Shown in pieces: positions 23,104 through 36,302 of a stretch of 64,000 nt of DNA. The translations under genes were made by a program, and so were the position numbers. The notes below the pieces were generated by a model. That model saw nothing but the letters and a program-made list of their open reading frames with translations. It made no database searches and had not been told where the DNA came from. Location: the NCBI GenBank assembly GCA_001179505.1, contig CDMY01000377.1:1-64000 (forward strand). The letters are read 5' to 3'. This stretch comes from Vitrella brassicaformis CCMP3155 (lineage: Eukaryota; Protista; Chromerida). Numbering within the stretch: position 1 is the stretch's first letter; each line of letters starts with the position of its first letter.

Positions 23104-25560
23104 ATGGCGCCCAAGAAGACGACCAAGGCCGACAAGGGCCAGCAGAAGGCGCTGGAGAAGCAGAAGCAGAAAATCATCGAGGACAAGACCTTCGGCCTCA
23201 AGAACAAGAACAAATCCAAGACCGTACAGAAGTGAGCACACCAGCACAACGCACACGGCACACACACTGACACGACAGACACATGCATCCAAAGCTTTGT
23301 GTGTATTGTGTGGATGGCCATCAGGTACATCAAGGGGATCGCATCTCAGGTCAAGGGTGGGAATGTGAGTGAGTCCGCCGTCAAGGCCAAGGAGCTGGCC
23401 CAGAAGGAGGAAAAGAAAAAGTCGGCCCAGCAGGCGGCTCTCCTCAACGCCCTCTTCCGCGGCACCGAGAACATCAAGAAGATCGAGGCCACCGGGCCGG
23501 GCGCTGCTGCCAAGAAGGACCCCAGGAGCATCAAGGAGGTATGTTGGTTGAGTTGATGATGTGGGGACACACACACCGGGCCAGACAGGGAAGGAGGGGC
23601 CTTAGCGACGAGCTCGGTGTGGACGGATGCGTGTGTGTGTGTGTGCAGGAGCAGCAGATCAACTTGTATGTTGACCAAAGGGACCAGCAACAGACGGGCA
23701 AAGGTAGTGACGACACAACCACAGACAAAAGCCAACAGATGCTGATACACACGTGTGTATGGGTATGTGTATCTGTATGCGATGGTTTCAGAGACGATGG
23801 AGAATTGGGACCAGAGCAAACTCGAAGAGGTCAGCACAGACAGCACAGCACACGCAAGCCAGACAAACAGATGGATGCCGAGGCACTCCTGACATGACAC
23901 CCACCCATCCCATCCCTGTCTCTTACTGTCTGTCTGTCTGTCTGTCTGATGGCGTGGTGTGGTGTGCACCCAGGTGATCAAGACCAAGCACACGGCCGAG
24001 AACGCCAACCGACCCACCGAGATCATTTGCAAATACTTCCTCGACGCCGTCGAGAAGAGGGTGGGTATCTCGTGCACTGCACGCGCACCACCCCCAACAC
24101 ACACACCCACCTAGGCCACACAGACGTATGGCACGGTTCATTGTGTGTGTTGCTTTGCAGGTATACGGCTGGTTTTGGCAGTGTCCGAATGGCCAGAGCT
24201 GCAAGTACAGACACTGCCTGCCACCAGGTAGGTACCTACCTGGCGATGAGATAGATCTACGGGTGCCTGCTGACGTGGTGGAGTGGATATGATGGTTCCT
24301 TCGTGTGTGTAGGTTATGTGTTGAAGAAGGACGTGCCAGCTGATGAGGTGGACGAGGAGGACGAGACGCTCATCGAGGAACTCATTGAAGAGGAGGTCAG
24401 TGAGAAAACCACAGCTGCTGCAGCGTAGCCGAGTGCCAGAGTGGATGAATGACACTCTGTGTGTGTGTGTGTGTGTGCAGCGTGCTAGCCTGAAGCGCGA
24501 CGGCCTCACACCAGTGACGCTCGAGACCTTCCAAGCCTGGTCAGCCAGCGATCGATCTCGATCCATCCATCCATCCATCGGTGTGTGTCATTCATCTCAT
24601 GTGTCCCCCCCTCCCCAGGAAGAAGCGCAAGGAGGATGATCGTCTGGCTGCGTTGGAGGAGGAGCGCCAGGCGGAGGCCAAAAAGACCGGCGGCAAGGGG
24701 CTGGGCGTCATGTCCGGCAGGGACCTTTTCACCTACGACCCGACGTACGCAATCAATCAGCTCACACACACACATTCACTTTTCGATGAATCGATGTGAT
24801 CCATCTGTATGTTTGTGTGTGTGTGTGTTCAGTCTGTTTGTGGATGACGACGACGCGGCGGATGCCGACGAATACGATGCCGACGAGGAGTACTGGAACG
24901 AGCAACTTGCAGAGAACGAGCGGATACTCAGGGAAAGGTACACACACATACACACACCAACCGTCATGGAACGTTTATATGTGTGCGTGTGTGTGTGTTT
25001 GATAGGGAGGACGAGCTGCGGGCTGAGCGTGAGATGGAGGCCGAGAATGGCGATGACGCAGACGATGGCGGGGAGGGAGAGGACGATGACGGAGACGAGG
25101 ACGAGCAGCAGGACGGTAGGCGAACAAAGCACTCACTGACCCACCCACAGAGAGACAGACAGACACCACACACGTGCGTGCGTCAATCAATCAATCACTC
25201 AATGAGTGCAGGCGACGACGATGGCGATGAGGGCGCGTGTGAGCATGTCGATGGGGATAACATCGACGAGGACGACGACATGCCCCAGCCATCCAGCTCC
25301 AGCGCGGCCTACCCACCAGACGACGAGCCGTCCTCCTCCAGCGCCGCACCGCCACCCCCCCACCACCAACAGCAGGAGGACGGCAATGTCGTTGAGGAGA
25401 GGGTGGCCAACGGGGTGGCCGTCAGCAAAGAAGAACTCTTCCTTGAAGACGATGTACCGGTAAGCAGACAGGGAGGATGGTCGATTCACAAGTGCGTGTG
25501 GTTGGATACATCCATGTGTTGTGTTGTGTACAGGATGACCTGGATGCGTTGGACGACTGA
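23104..25560 (+). CDS. ZC3H15: ZC3H15/Tma46/DFRP1 (DRG-binding CCCH zinc-finger protein)
   Basis: MAPKK...[120 protein letters not shown]. Canonical splice sites. Confidence 0.95.
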
Positions 25561-26342
25561 CGTCTGTCTGTGTGTCTGTCTATTGCTGGCTAAAACCCCT
25601 CCGTCTCCTCCAGGGCCCCCCTCTCTCCCTACCTGCTGTCCTGTCTGTGTGTGCGCGTCCATCCGTCGGGTCGGCGGTGCGGTGTGGCTGTCTGTGTATT
25701 TTTGCGCCCGGCCAGTTTCGAGCCGAGGTGTCAACACAACACCAACACACTAGGGGCCTAGATGGGTGCATTCGTGGGAGGGTGTGTGGCGAGGGTACAT
25801 GTGTGTGACAGTGGCGGGAGGGCAGGTCTATCGCGGCCGCATGCTCCCTCTCCCTCTCACACTGCACTGCACACTGACTCCTGAGTATTCTGTGTGTCTG
25901 TGTTATCAAATCAATGCCTTCGCTCTTTACAATGCATCGTTGGATGGAACATTGAAGAATCAAGGTCTGTCCACACTTAACTTACACACACATACACACA
26001 CTATAATTAAGTGCCTCCCTTCGCGTCACGCACACACACACACCGAGAGAAAAACTCGCGTGTCACATCCATCCATCCATCCGTCCGTCCATCCGTCCGT
26101 CCATCCACCCACCCACCACATGGCAGCTCAGTCTGTCATACAGGTGTACACTGACTGGTCCGTACACTCGCTGCCCACGGAATGGGGTGGATCGATCGAC
26201 GGCACCGCACCCTCACCGACACAACACACGCAATCTGATCTGCACACACCGAGCACCCGAAAAAGGCGCGGCGCAGCCACAGTAAGCCAACAAGCACTCA
26301 AAAAGCAGTCAGCAGCCCGATCGATCGGATTCATCACATCAA

Positions 26343-29300
26343 TCAAATGGCGCTTCTGCCGGTCTCCCCCTGGCCCCCGCTGTCCTGACTCATCTCGTTG
26401 TTCATATCTGACGACGGCGACATTTCCTCGTCGGCCTCCCGCCCGCTCGACTCACTGCTGCCACTGGGGCCCGCTGGCTGTCTTGTCAATGTCGACGGCT
26501 CGCCGTTGAGGCCGACAGTGCCGTTCATGGCGTGGCCGCGGCTGAGGGGGTTAGATGAGAGGTCTAGAAGGTTGTGGGAGGGGGGTTGCGGGGCGACGGG
26601 GCCTTTCTTGCCGCCCACTGCCGCTGGTGCTGCTGCTGATGGTTCGACGTAGTGCAGCATCCGCCCGGACGGCCGCATCGATGAGCGGTGCTGTCTTGGC
26701 GGGCCGTCGGAGTCGGAGTATGGGGCGGCGTCTGGGAGCCTTTCCAGGTCGACGTGGTCGTCCTTTGGGGTGCGCCTGCCGACCATCTCGGGAGAAATTC
26801 CCGGAGGAGGAGATATGACTGGATGCACGCCTGCATGTTCGAACCACACGCACACATACACACCCACACACAGCCATTAGAATGCGCGTGTACGTCTGCC
26901 CCTCTTGGTGTGGGGGTGGTGTGCTTACTGAGTCTGGCGTCGGCTTGTCTAGGGTCGTAGGATCTGTGTGAAGGTGATGTTTCCATTTCTACGAAGCTGC
27001 CGCGGCCGCCCCGGCCGCTGTTGATGTGGAACGATGAGGACGGAGAGGGACCGCGGGACACACTCCCTGATCGAGATGATGCCAACGCACACACGCACGC
27101 ACAGAGCAGAGAGTTCATGCAGCGCCTGGCTTGTCTCGTTGTGTTTGTGTGCATCTCCCTCCTCCCTACCTCGGCCTGTTGGCGCGTTAGTGAAGATCTT
27201 CCGCATGAACCTGATGTAAAGGCACGTTCGTAGCACGACGATCAGTGGCAACCGACAGCAGCGTGCCTTTGCCTTTCTGGTTGGTTGGTTGGCTCACTCT
27301 CTGTCGACTCTGAATATGGCCCGCTTGAGGCAACCACACTGCCCTGCACACACACACACACACACACACATCCATAGGCCCAACACCCACCCACTCTCAG
27401 GCATAATGCCCTCACCCACCCCACCCCGCCGACCTGAGGTGAGCGACTCGGTCGTCGGCCGGATCAGCTCGTACGCACATGACTCCCTGAAGACAGCCAC
27501 GCACGCACGCAAGCAGTACCGGATGATTGTCATTGTCAGTCCGTCAATCGGCTGGCTGTACTTTTCATTGTACTTTTCAAAGACATCCAGCTTTTCGAAG
27601 ATCGGCACACTCACAGAGCCTGGTTGGCACACACACCACACACACAGTGCGGCCGTGTTTGCTTATTGATTGTGGCTGGGCTGGGCTGTCCGACCGATGC
27701 CGACGATTGTGAAGAGTGCGTAGAAGAGGGTGATGGTGAGCAGGGCGGGGCCGCCCTCCTCCTTGAAGTCATGACGGGCACGCAACGATAGTGCGAACGC
27801 TGAGGAAGGAAGAAGTAAGCGACCACACACACAGACATAGAGGTCGTCAGCAGCACTGACTGCAGTTGATAATTCCTCACCGATGGCGCCGCGAAGACCA
27901 CCAATGACCATTATGTGCTGAAAGAAAGAGAGAAGTCCCACAGTGCGTCAGCTGTTCTCTTTGGTTGTGGTGCACTGACTTGGAAGTTTCTGGGTATCTT
28001 GGTGGATGTCCTGAAGAGGTTGACAAAGAAGGCCGTCGCGTAGACCGATATGATCCTGCCCATCGTGACGTACAACAGAGTGCACACCAGCAACATCGGC
28101 ACACTGCGCACACACCGCACACACAACACAGAACAAATACGATGGATGGATGGATGGATGTGTCTGTGCATCTGTCGGTGGTCATTCATGACAGACTGAC
28201 TCCCAAGTCTGATTGAAGGACCACACGGCCAGCCCAAGGAACACAAACACCACACTCTCGGCCAACAGAGCCAAGGCAGAGAACACACCTGCACAGAGAG
28301 AGAGAGAGAGAGTATTGTGGCACGATGGATGCCTCGGTTGGTTGCCGTAGTTAGTGTATATTCTCTCACTCACTGTGTCCAAGGTTCTGCGCCGAGTCAG
28401 AGAGGTTTGGGTAGGTGTAGTGGGCCATCACGATGCCGCAAAAGAGGATGGCCACAATGCCGGAATGACCGAAACCCTGCAGGCATCGTAAGATGAGATG
28501 GATGGATGGATGTCTTCTGGTTGTCTCTGTGCACCGTACGTCAGCGACAAGGTAGGCGATCCACGGGAAAATGAGGAGCAGCGACGCCTCCAATACCTGC
28601 ACACACATATCCGTCCCAGGCAGGCAGGCAGCATGGGTGTGTGAGTGGGCCTGTCACTCCCTTACTCACCCACCTGGTTCTCCACTTTGTGCAGGTCCAT
28701 GTACTTGTACGTCTGCACCACAGACAGACAGACAGACAGACACACACACAGACAGAGGGAAAATTGGCTGTGTATGGCGCCGTGGCCCTCCCTCCCCCCT
28801 GCCATGAAGACGTACCAGTGCTGATATGAGTCCGACGGCCACCCCAATGACGAATGACGACGCGAACACCACCAGGAACGACACCGTGGCCCTCCAGATG
28901 TCAGTCGAACTCTCAGACACTATCGTCCTGACCAGACCACACACAATAGCCCACACAGGAACGCCCACACAGGAACGCACCGCCGTGTGGGTGGGTGCAA
29001 TAGGCTGCCTGCCTGACTTGGGTGTGTGGGTGCGTTGGCCTCACCTGTATAGGACGATAGCGATGGCATCATTGAGCAGACTCTCACCGAAAATCTGTAT
29101 GTGTGGATTGGATACGCAAGCCACTGTGCGTGGGGGGGTGGGCCGAGCAGGATCTCTGTGCTATGTGATGTGCTATACCAGTGTGTAGAGCACGGCATCG
29201 GCATTCATCTCCTTGAAGATCGCCAACACGGACACTGCAGTCAATCACACACACACACAGACACACACACACGAATCCACCCACATAGAAATGCACGGCA

Positions 29301-30771
29301 CGAGCCCTTCCTTCCACTGACTCACCAGGGTCAGTGGACGAGATCAGCGCCCCGAATGCGAAGCTCTCCTGCAGAGTCAATGCCTGAGCCATCGACACAC
29401 AGACAGACAGACAGATACACACGTCAGCAATCGTTGCCGCAATGGTCAATGGGGTGCGTAGCTATCGGGCCGCCCTGTCACTGCTGACCTTGCAGATGCC
29501 AATCTGCCCCGAGAAGAACATCATGGCCCCGACCCACACAAACGACATCTGAACACACACCCACACACAAAGCACTGATACGTTTGCCCGACAGTCATTT
29601 TCTGACTGGCTGACCAGGGTTGCGAAGAGTGCGAACCATAGGATAGCCCCGAAGTGTTTGAAGAACAGACGGGCGCGGTTGCCGGACATCGAAAAGCCAC
29701 TGAGCCAACAGACGTGAAGGTAGGCAGCACACAACGGGGTGATTGTGCGGCAATCGGCGTGTGAAGGCGTACCTTTCGAAAATGATGGGCGGCAGCAACA
29801 GGATGAAGAACACATCATCGTTGAAGGCCAAGATGTTCTCAAGTATCGTTTCCTGATCCCTCACAGACGGACAGACAGACAGTATGGCCAAACACACAAG
29901 CACTCTCCCTCCCTCCCTCCCCCTTCCACCCACCCACCTGTTTGTAGACGTATTTGAGCATGGCCCCCGTGATAAGCCCCAGGAAGGTGGCCCACACAGG
30001 CAGCTGCAGCCACTTGACCTTCAGCTTCTTCAACACATGCGCACCGAAGAGCGACACCACCAGTATGATCAGCAGCAGCAGCAGCCCTGTCGACACCACC
30101 ACCTCCTTCTCCTCGCTCTTCAATAGCTCAAGCGGCGGGGGCGTATCCTCATCAACCGACTTGGGCGGCGTCGTGGGGGTCGCCGTCGCCCATGCCGGCG
30201 GGTCCAGCGCCTTGATGACCACTATCACGGGCGGCACACCCATGCCCAGAGTGGTGTTGAGGTAAGCCAGGCCGGCGTCATTCATCAGAGGGGCAGTGGA
30301 GTCGTTCAAGTGTTGCAGCACCGACCATGTGGCGTTGGTGGAGAGAGTCTCGTTGAGCTGGCCCAGTGTCTGTGACACCACTGACGCCACGTTGGGTGGG
30401 AGCGTCGGCTGGGGCTGTGCGGCCGCTGCTGCTGTGGTCGTGTTTGTGGCGTCCGTGGCGTTAGACGCGGCTGCATCGGCATCGGCTTCTTCCTGCTGTT
30501 CTTCCTGGTCCTCTGGCGGTTTGTCCTCCCCGCTGTCTTCATCGCCTTCACCGGCGTCCGCTGTGTCAGTTTCGGGCTCTTCATTTTCTGCATCTTCTCG
30601 TCGATTCTCTGGTGCTGCATCTTCTTCGCGTTGTCCACCCATCTGGAATAAGCCCGTATGGTCCTCGGAGCCCAGCAGGTCAGAAACCACCGCAGCCATC
30701 GCATCCACGACACTGGTAGATTTCGCGATTTCTTCAGTTCCTTCGCTCATAAGACGGTCAAAGGGATCCAC
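26343..30771 (-). CDS. CPA1 Na+/H+ exchanger (NHE/NHX type) with long N-terminal extension; true start uncertain (30750-31072)
   Basis: FNDDVFFILLLPPIIFE, FFKHFGAIL, ESFAFGALISSTDPVSVLAIFKE, IFGESLLNDAIAIVLYR, GHSGIVAILFCGIVMAHY, LAESVVFVFLG, GLRGAIAFALS. Confidence 0.93.
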
Positions 30772-31146
30772 AAGGCTGTCGTGCAGAGCTGGTTCGCGTT
30801 CTCCTCACCTGCTCGTCAGCCGATCTAAGCTCGCAGATCTGCTGCACTTCTCCTTTTCTGTTTGTATGCTGTGCCGCACTGGAAGTCTGTAGACGTACCC
30901 TTGTCGGTTTTTGAGTCGGCGCGCTGATTGACTGCGCGCATCTGTCTACTCCTACTGACGCCGAGTGCTGCTCAGGTGAGGCAGAGCAGGTACACAGACG
31001 CAGACACACGAGGAACACACAGGCAGGCGAAGAGGCGCAGAGAGGCCGGTGGAGGAAGGCCAGTCTGTCCATAGATGCGGACAGCCCTGCATTCGTCTGG
31101 GATCTGTGCGTGTCTGTGTGTTCAGGTGAGGTCGTTTGGCTCACCG

Positions 31147-34100
31147 ATGGCGACTCCACTTATCAAGAAGGAGGAGGAGGAACACAAGGAGGGCATCCAG
31201 TCTGGTGCCGGCGACGGCGGTGCGGCTGCTTCCGACCAACCAGCTGCGGCTGCTGCTATTGGTGATGGTGATGCGGCTGCCTCCGAGCAGGCGGCTGCCG
31301 CTGCCGATCCACCGCCCTCCACTGGTCAGCGCGGCAGCAGCCGACATCACAGCAACGGGGGAGGTGATGACGAGGGCAACGATGGCCGCGGTGCCGAGGG
31401 GATGTCGTGTGGCTCAGGAGGTGGGTGAGCTGGGGTGGGCTGCATTGCATTGCATTGCACGTGTGCATTACTATCTTCGCACGTGTGCGTTCCGTTCAGG
31501 TCATGATGTGGCAGTCGATGACGAAGACATGAGTGAGGCGGCCGACAAGGGAGAGCAAGTAAGACAGAGCGCCACATAGTCTGCATGTCCGCCTGCCCTT
31601 CTCTCCACGTGTATCACATCACATCAGGATCCTGACAACGCTGGCGAGCCTCCACGCCACACGCAGAGAGGCCGTAAGTCACCGCAGCACCACCATCACA
31701 GCAGCACCACACAGCCGACCCACCCACTTTCCGTTCTCTGGATGTATGCCGTTGTGTGCAGGCAAGGTCGGCAGTGGCCGGGGGGCTGACGACGCGGACG
31801 AGGAGGACAGCGAGGAGGGCGACACCGGCAGTGACGACCAGGACAATGGCAACAAGGCCTACAATGTGAGCGAGCGAAATGCACCGCACCCGTCACTCAC
31901 TCATCCACTGCTCGCCCATCTTGTCATTTTGCCTGTCAGACCAAAAGGGCTCTGAACGAGTTCTTCGACATCCTGAGGACTAAATGTCTCGACAAGGACG
32001 AGGAACACCCACTGGGCATCAGTGTTCGGATGAGCGGCAGGGACTTCCCAGGCATCCAGGTGCAGCTCAGCCGCTCGGGGGCCAAACCTCTTTCCAAGTA
32101 CGTCTCCATCACGAGGGGTGGCACTCGCCAGGCTGTGACGATTGCAATCGGGATCCGCAATGCTGAGTTCGCCAAGCATGACATCCCGCCGCTCGAGGGC
32201 TGGGAGGAGGTGCTGGAGAAGCATCGCTTTCCAGACGATGAGGTGGGCGAGAGAAAGAGGGCTGGAGAGGGGCGACAAGGACGGGACAGCAACACAGTGT
32301 CATGTGCACGAAATGTGTGTGTGTCATGCCCTCTTCCATGCAGCGCAAGCACCACAAGAAGTCCAAGCGCAACCCGAGTAAGACAGCACCCCACATAGGC
32401 ACGTCATCATGTGTGAATGCGCGCGTGTGCGTCCATCAGGTGCCGCAGCCGCGGCAGCGGGCGGGGGCAACAATCGCCTTAAGCAGAAACGCCGTAAGGC
32501 AGCACAGCAACAGGCAGGTAGCGCATTGGTTGTCCGGTCAAACCTGTGTGTGTCGGTGTGTGCAGACAAGGTCGGCAGTGGTGGCGGGGCTGACGGCTCT
32601 GAGGAGGAGGACAGTGAGGACAGCGAGGAAGGCGACACCGGCCGGCACAATCGCAACAAGGCCTACGTGAGCGAACGAGATGCACCACACCCGTCTCTCA
32701 GTGACTCACTGTTCGTCCATGTTGTCACCAGGCCAAACTCTTCAAGTCTCTGCGAGATTGTGTCGACAAGCTCAGCGGACTTTCAAAGTCCACGATTCAT
32801 ATCTACGTCTACCACAACCAGCCCACGCAGCGACCGTTCGTCAGGGTTGACATGGGCAGTGGAAAAGACAGGGCCTACCGGTCCTTCCACATTGGGGGGT
32901 GCGATGGCGGTGCCCGTGGCGCTGTGAAGGCAGCAATCAAGCTCCGCAATCAGCTGGCCACTCAGTTCGACATCTCGCCGCTCGAGGGCTGGGAGGAGGT
33001 GCTGGACAACCATCTCTTTCCGGACGATGAGGTGCGCGAAAGTGAGAGGGTGGGGGAGGGAGGGGCAACGAGGAAGAGACAGCTGTTTCTGTCAGGGCCA
33101 GGCCGAGCCACCTGCAGCAGCTGCGGCCGCCGCGGCCGGTCCCTCAAATGCTCACAACTACGGCAAGCGGAAGGGGCGGGGCAACACCAAACGGGCCAAG
33201 AGGCGCCGTCGAGGTACGGTGACTATGGCTGACTGACCGACACATTGCGGTCTCCCGTTATGTGGTCCGTTCTCTGGGTGTGTGTTGGTGTGTGCAGGCA
33301 AGGTTGACTCTGAGGGTGAGGACAGCGAGGAGGCTGACACCGACAGTGAGTGCGCCGACGACTCCGAGGAGGGGCGTGACGAGGTGGGCGGGCGAATCCA
33401 CCCATCCATCACACACTCACACACCGTCCGCGCATGTTGTCATTCTGCCTGTCAGGCCAGGGAGTCCATGTCTGCCCTCTTCAAGAAACTGAGGAGACAG
33501 TGTCTCAACGGGCCCCATCCACTGGGCATCATTGTTTCTAGTGGCTTCGAGCAACCGTTGAGCGTCCAAGTAAAGCTTTGCCGCTCGGGGGCCACGTTCA
33601 AGAAGACCATCGGCATCAAGAGGTGCGGCGCTCGCCGCGGTGTGCGGAGGGCCATCGAGTTGCGCAACGCTGAGTTCGCCAAGCACAAGATCCCGCCGCT
33701 CAACTGCTGGGAGGAGGTGCTGGACAAGCATCGCTTCCCAGACGATGAGGTGGGCGAGAGAAAGAGGGCTGGGGGAGGGAGGGGCAACAGGGATGGTGCG
33801 ATGTCAATCAATGGTCTGTCTGTCTGTGTCAGGGCCAGACCGAGCCACCTGCAGCAGCAGCAGCAGCAGCCGCGGCCGCCGCGGCCGGCCCCTCAAGTGC
33901 TGACAACTACGGCAAGCGCAAGGGGCGGGGCGGCAAAGCGGACAGACGCGTCAAAAAACGGCGCCGCACAGGTACACACGGTCGCCAAGAGGGAGGAGGG
34001 GGCTCATACGCGAGTGACATATGCCGGCCATATTCTCTTTCCTCTTTTTTTTCCAACCACTGATGAGCGCCGTTCGCCCTCTCCCTCCCCGCCCAAGCAG

Positions 34101-35254
34101 CACAACAAGCCCAAACTGAGGCCACGTAAGACGGCACCGCACACAAAGAGACCATACCATACAACCGATCGGCGTCTGTTTATGTATGTCTGCACCTACC
34201 AGGCAAGAGCAACACGGAGAGCCACGCAGGTGGCGCTGCTGCTGCTGCTGCTGCTGCTGCGCCCGGCTGCAAAAAGGAGCGCAAGCACAAGGCCAAGGAC
34301 CGTTCCTCCCGAGGCAAGATGACAATTCATGGATCTATCGCACACTCGTCCGTGGCGCTGACTTACTTGTGTTGTGTTGTGTTGTCAGCCCCTCGTGTGC
34401 GTGAGGATTGCCATGATGGCCCGCCAGCTGTCGGCAGCGTCGGCAGCATCAAGCAGGAGGCAGGTGACGGGCAAGGTGGTGGTGATAGCGGTGGTCCGGC
34501 GGGCATTCGGGGCGGCATGGGGGCAGGGTTGGCGCCCGGCAACCAAGGCGGCATTCCTTTCATCGACCTCGAGTCGGACAAAGAAGACAACAACCAAGGG
34601 GCGAACGAGCCACCTGGTAAGGGGAACGGAGAGACCACCGACGGGCGCGTCTGCACAGTGTGAGTGTCAATGCTGTCTGTCTCATAAGGTGGTGCTGGGG
34701 CGGCTGCTGCCGCTGCCGCTGCCGGGGCTGGAGGTCGCGTCAAGAAGGAGGAGAAGGGTCGGTCAGCCAGCACGCACGAAGCACACTGCCACACCTGCAT
34801 ATATCTCTCTCTGTGGACGGAGCAGGCGGCATTTCCACGTACAAGACGGTTGCGCTGTCCCAACTGAGTACCAAGGATATCGTGGCCATATTTCGACAGC
34901 ATAAGGGACTGCGGGACCTGACGAATGTCATCGAGGAGGTGGATGAGCGAATGCGGTGCTGCAAGCACCCATATGTGTGTCTGCCGATGCCGTCTGTGAC
35001 TGCAGGACGAGGTGGATGGCGAGACCCTTGCCCGTTGCGTGGGTCTCAAGGCGAGCGATGCGAGCATGGAGCTCCAGCACCTCTTCAAGAAGGGCAAGGT
35101 GGCGTCCATTGTCAGCTGGATCGAAAGCATCGACACGAATGCGGTCAGCAAGAACACGTCAAAAAGGAGGGAGGGAGGGAGGGGAAGGACCAGCGTGGTT
35201 CATTGTGTCTGTTTGGCTCATCCAAATGTGCAGGTGCGTGTGCCAATCCCGTAG
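31147..35254 (+). CDS. Putative transcription factor: three AP2-like domains plus a C-terminal SAM-like domain
   Basis: Three homologous exons (about 31939-32242, 32732-33031, 33454-33750) each end in P.L..WEEVL..H.FPDDE and carry the pattern K.+.I...G.R.A+..AI.+RN. Terminal exons give LSTKDIVAIF..LTNVIEEDEVDGETL..KKGKVASIVSWI. Gene model is from splice signals; domain names are inferred. Confidence 0.65.
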
Positions 35255-36302
35255 ATCATGTGCAGGCGACAGACGCCCGGGCAATGACAGTACGTGAACG
35301 ATGGATGACTGACGGCCGTTGTTGGATGTTTGTTGTTGCTGTCATCATGCTGCAGGGTGGGTGGCTGCGGTGCTGTCGGTTCGGCGGCTCGATCAGTTGT
35401 CGTTTTTTGACAAGAGGGGCGGAGTGTCATGTGGGTTCACACATACATGTAAAGGTACATGCGTGGATATGCATGACAGGGCGTGGCTGTTTATGCGTGT
35501 GTGTACCCGGATGATTCATCGTAAGTAAGTAGGTTTAAGGTCGTCATGTGAGTTGGTTCTCCATACGTATCCATCGCATTTTTGCCCCTCTCTAGGCATT
35601 CCATTTGCCTCCTTCCTGGTCGACCATCCATCACTATGGGGTTCGTGTGGACGGTCAGCATCTGCATGAGCGTCATTCCACTCGTGTGTATACTGTCTTC
35701 GTACCCGATATGAGTGTATATATACACCGTGTCAATTGCATACCTTCGTTCCTATCTGTTCGTGCATGCCTCGGTGTGGCTGAGTCCGGCTGGCTGGCTG
35801 ACGGTGTGTCTGTCTGTCTGCATTTGTTGGATGCGTGTGCTCTGTCTGGGGGTCCCGGCGGCCTTACAGTGTGCTGACTGGTGCGTTGCTGCCGGCATGT
35901 GCCAATGATGTATGTGTGAGCTGTGTGTATGTGCCTGACGGGATCAGACAGCCAAACAGCCAAGTCCATGTGTTCGTTTGTGTTGTGCCTGCCCATGGCT
36001 GTGAGATACCCTTTTGGCGTCGTTGCAGTGCTCCATGCTTCCCCAGTGCAGCTGAATACGAACTCTTGGCGTCGTTTCGACGTGCGGTGAAAAGATCCAG
36101 TGTCGGTTCGATGTGCCTTCCATAGGCTCCTCCCACTTGGTGGAGGGGATCTGCCCGAAATCCCGATCAAAGCGCGAGCAGCTGCGAGCCTGGCCGCGGC
36201 CCGTGTCGATCCCTCGAAAAAAAAGAAATCTGCCTTTGCAAACAGGTTCTGCGAAGGTTAACGTGAGGACCCATTCTTATTGCTCTCCAATCGTTGCTCT
36301 CA

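Noticed and set aside
35864-36136. PTLDLFTARRNDAK resembling the N6-adenine methyltransferase of DIRS elements
   Set aside because: No downstream NPP/FPP motif and no RT or tyrosine recombinase nearby. Another frame has more coding-like codon use.
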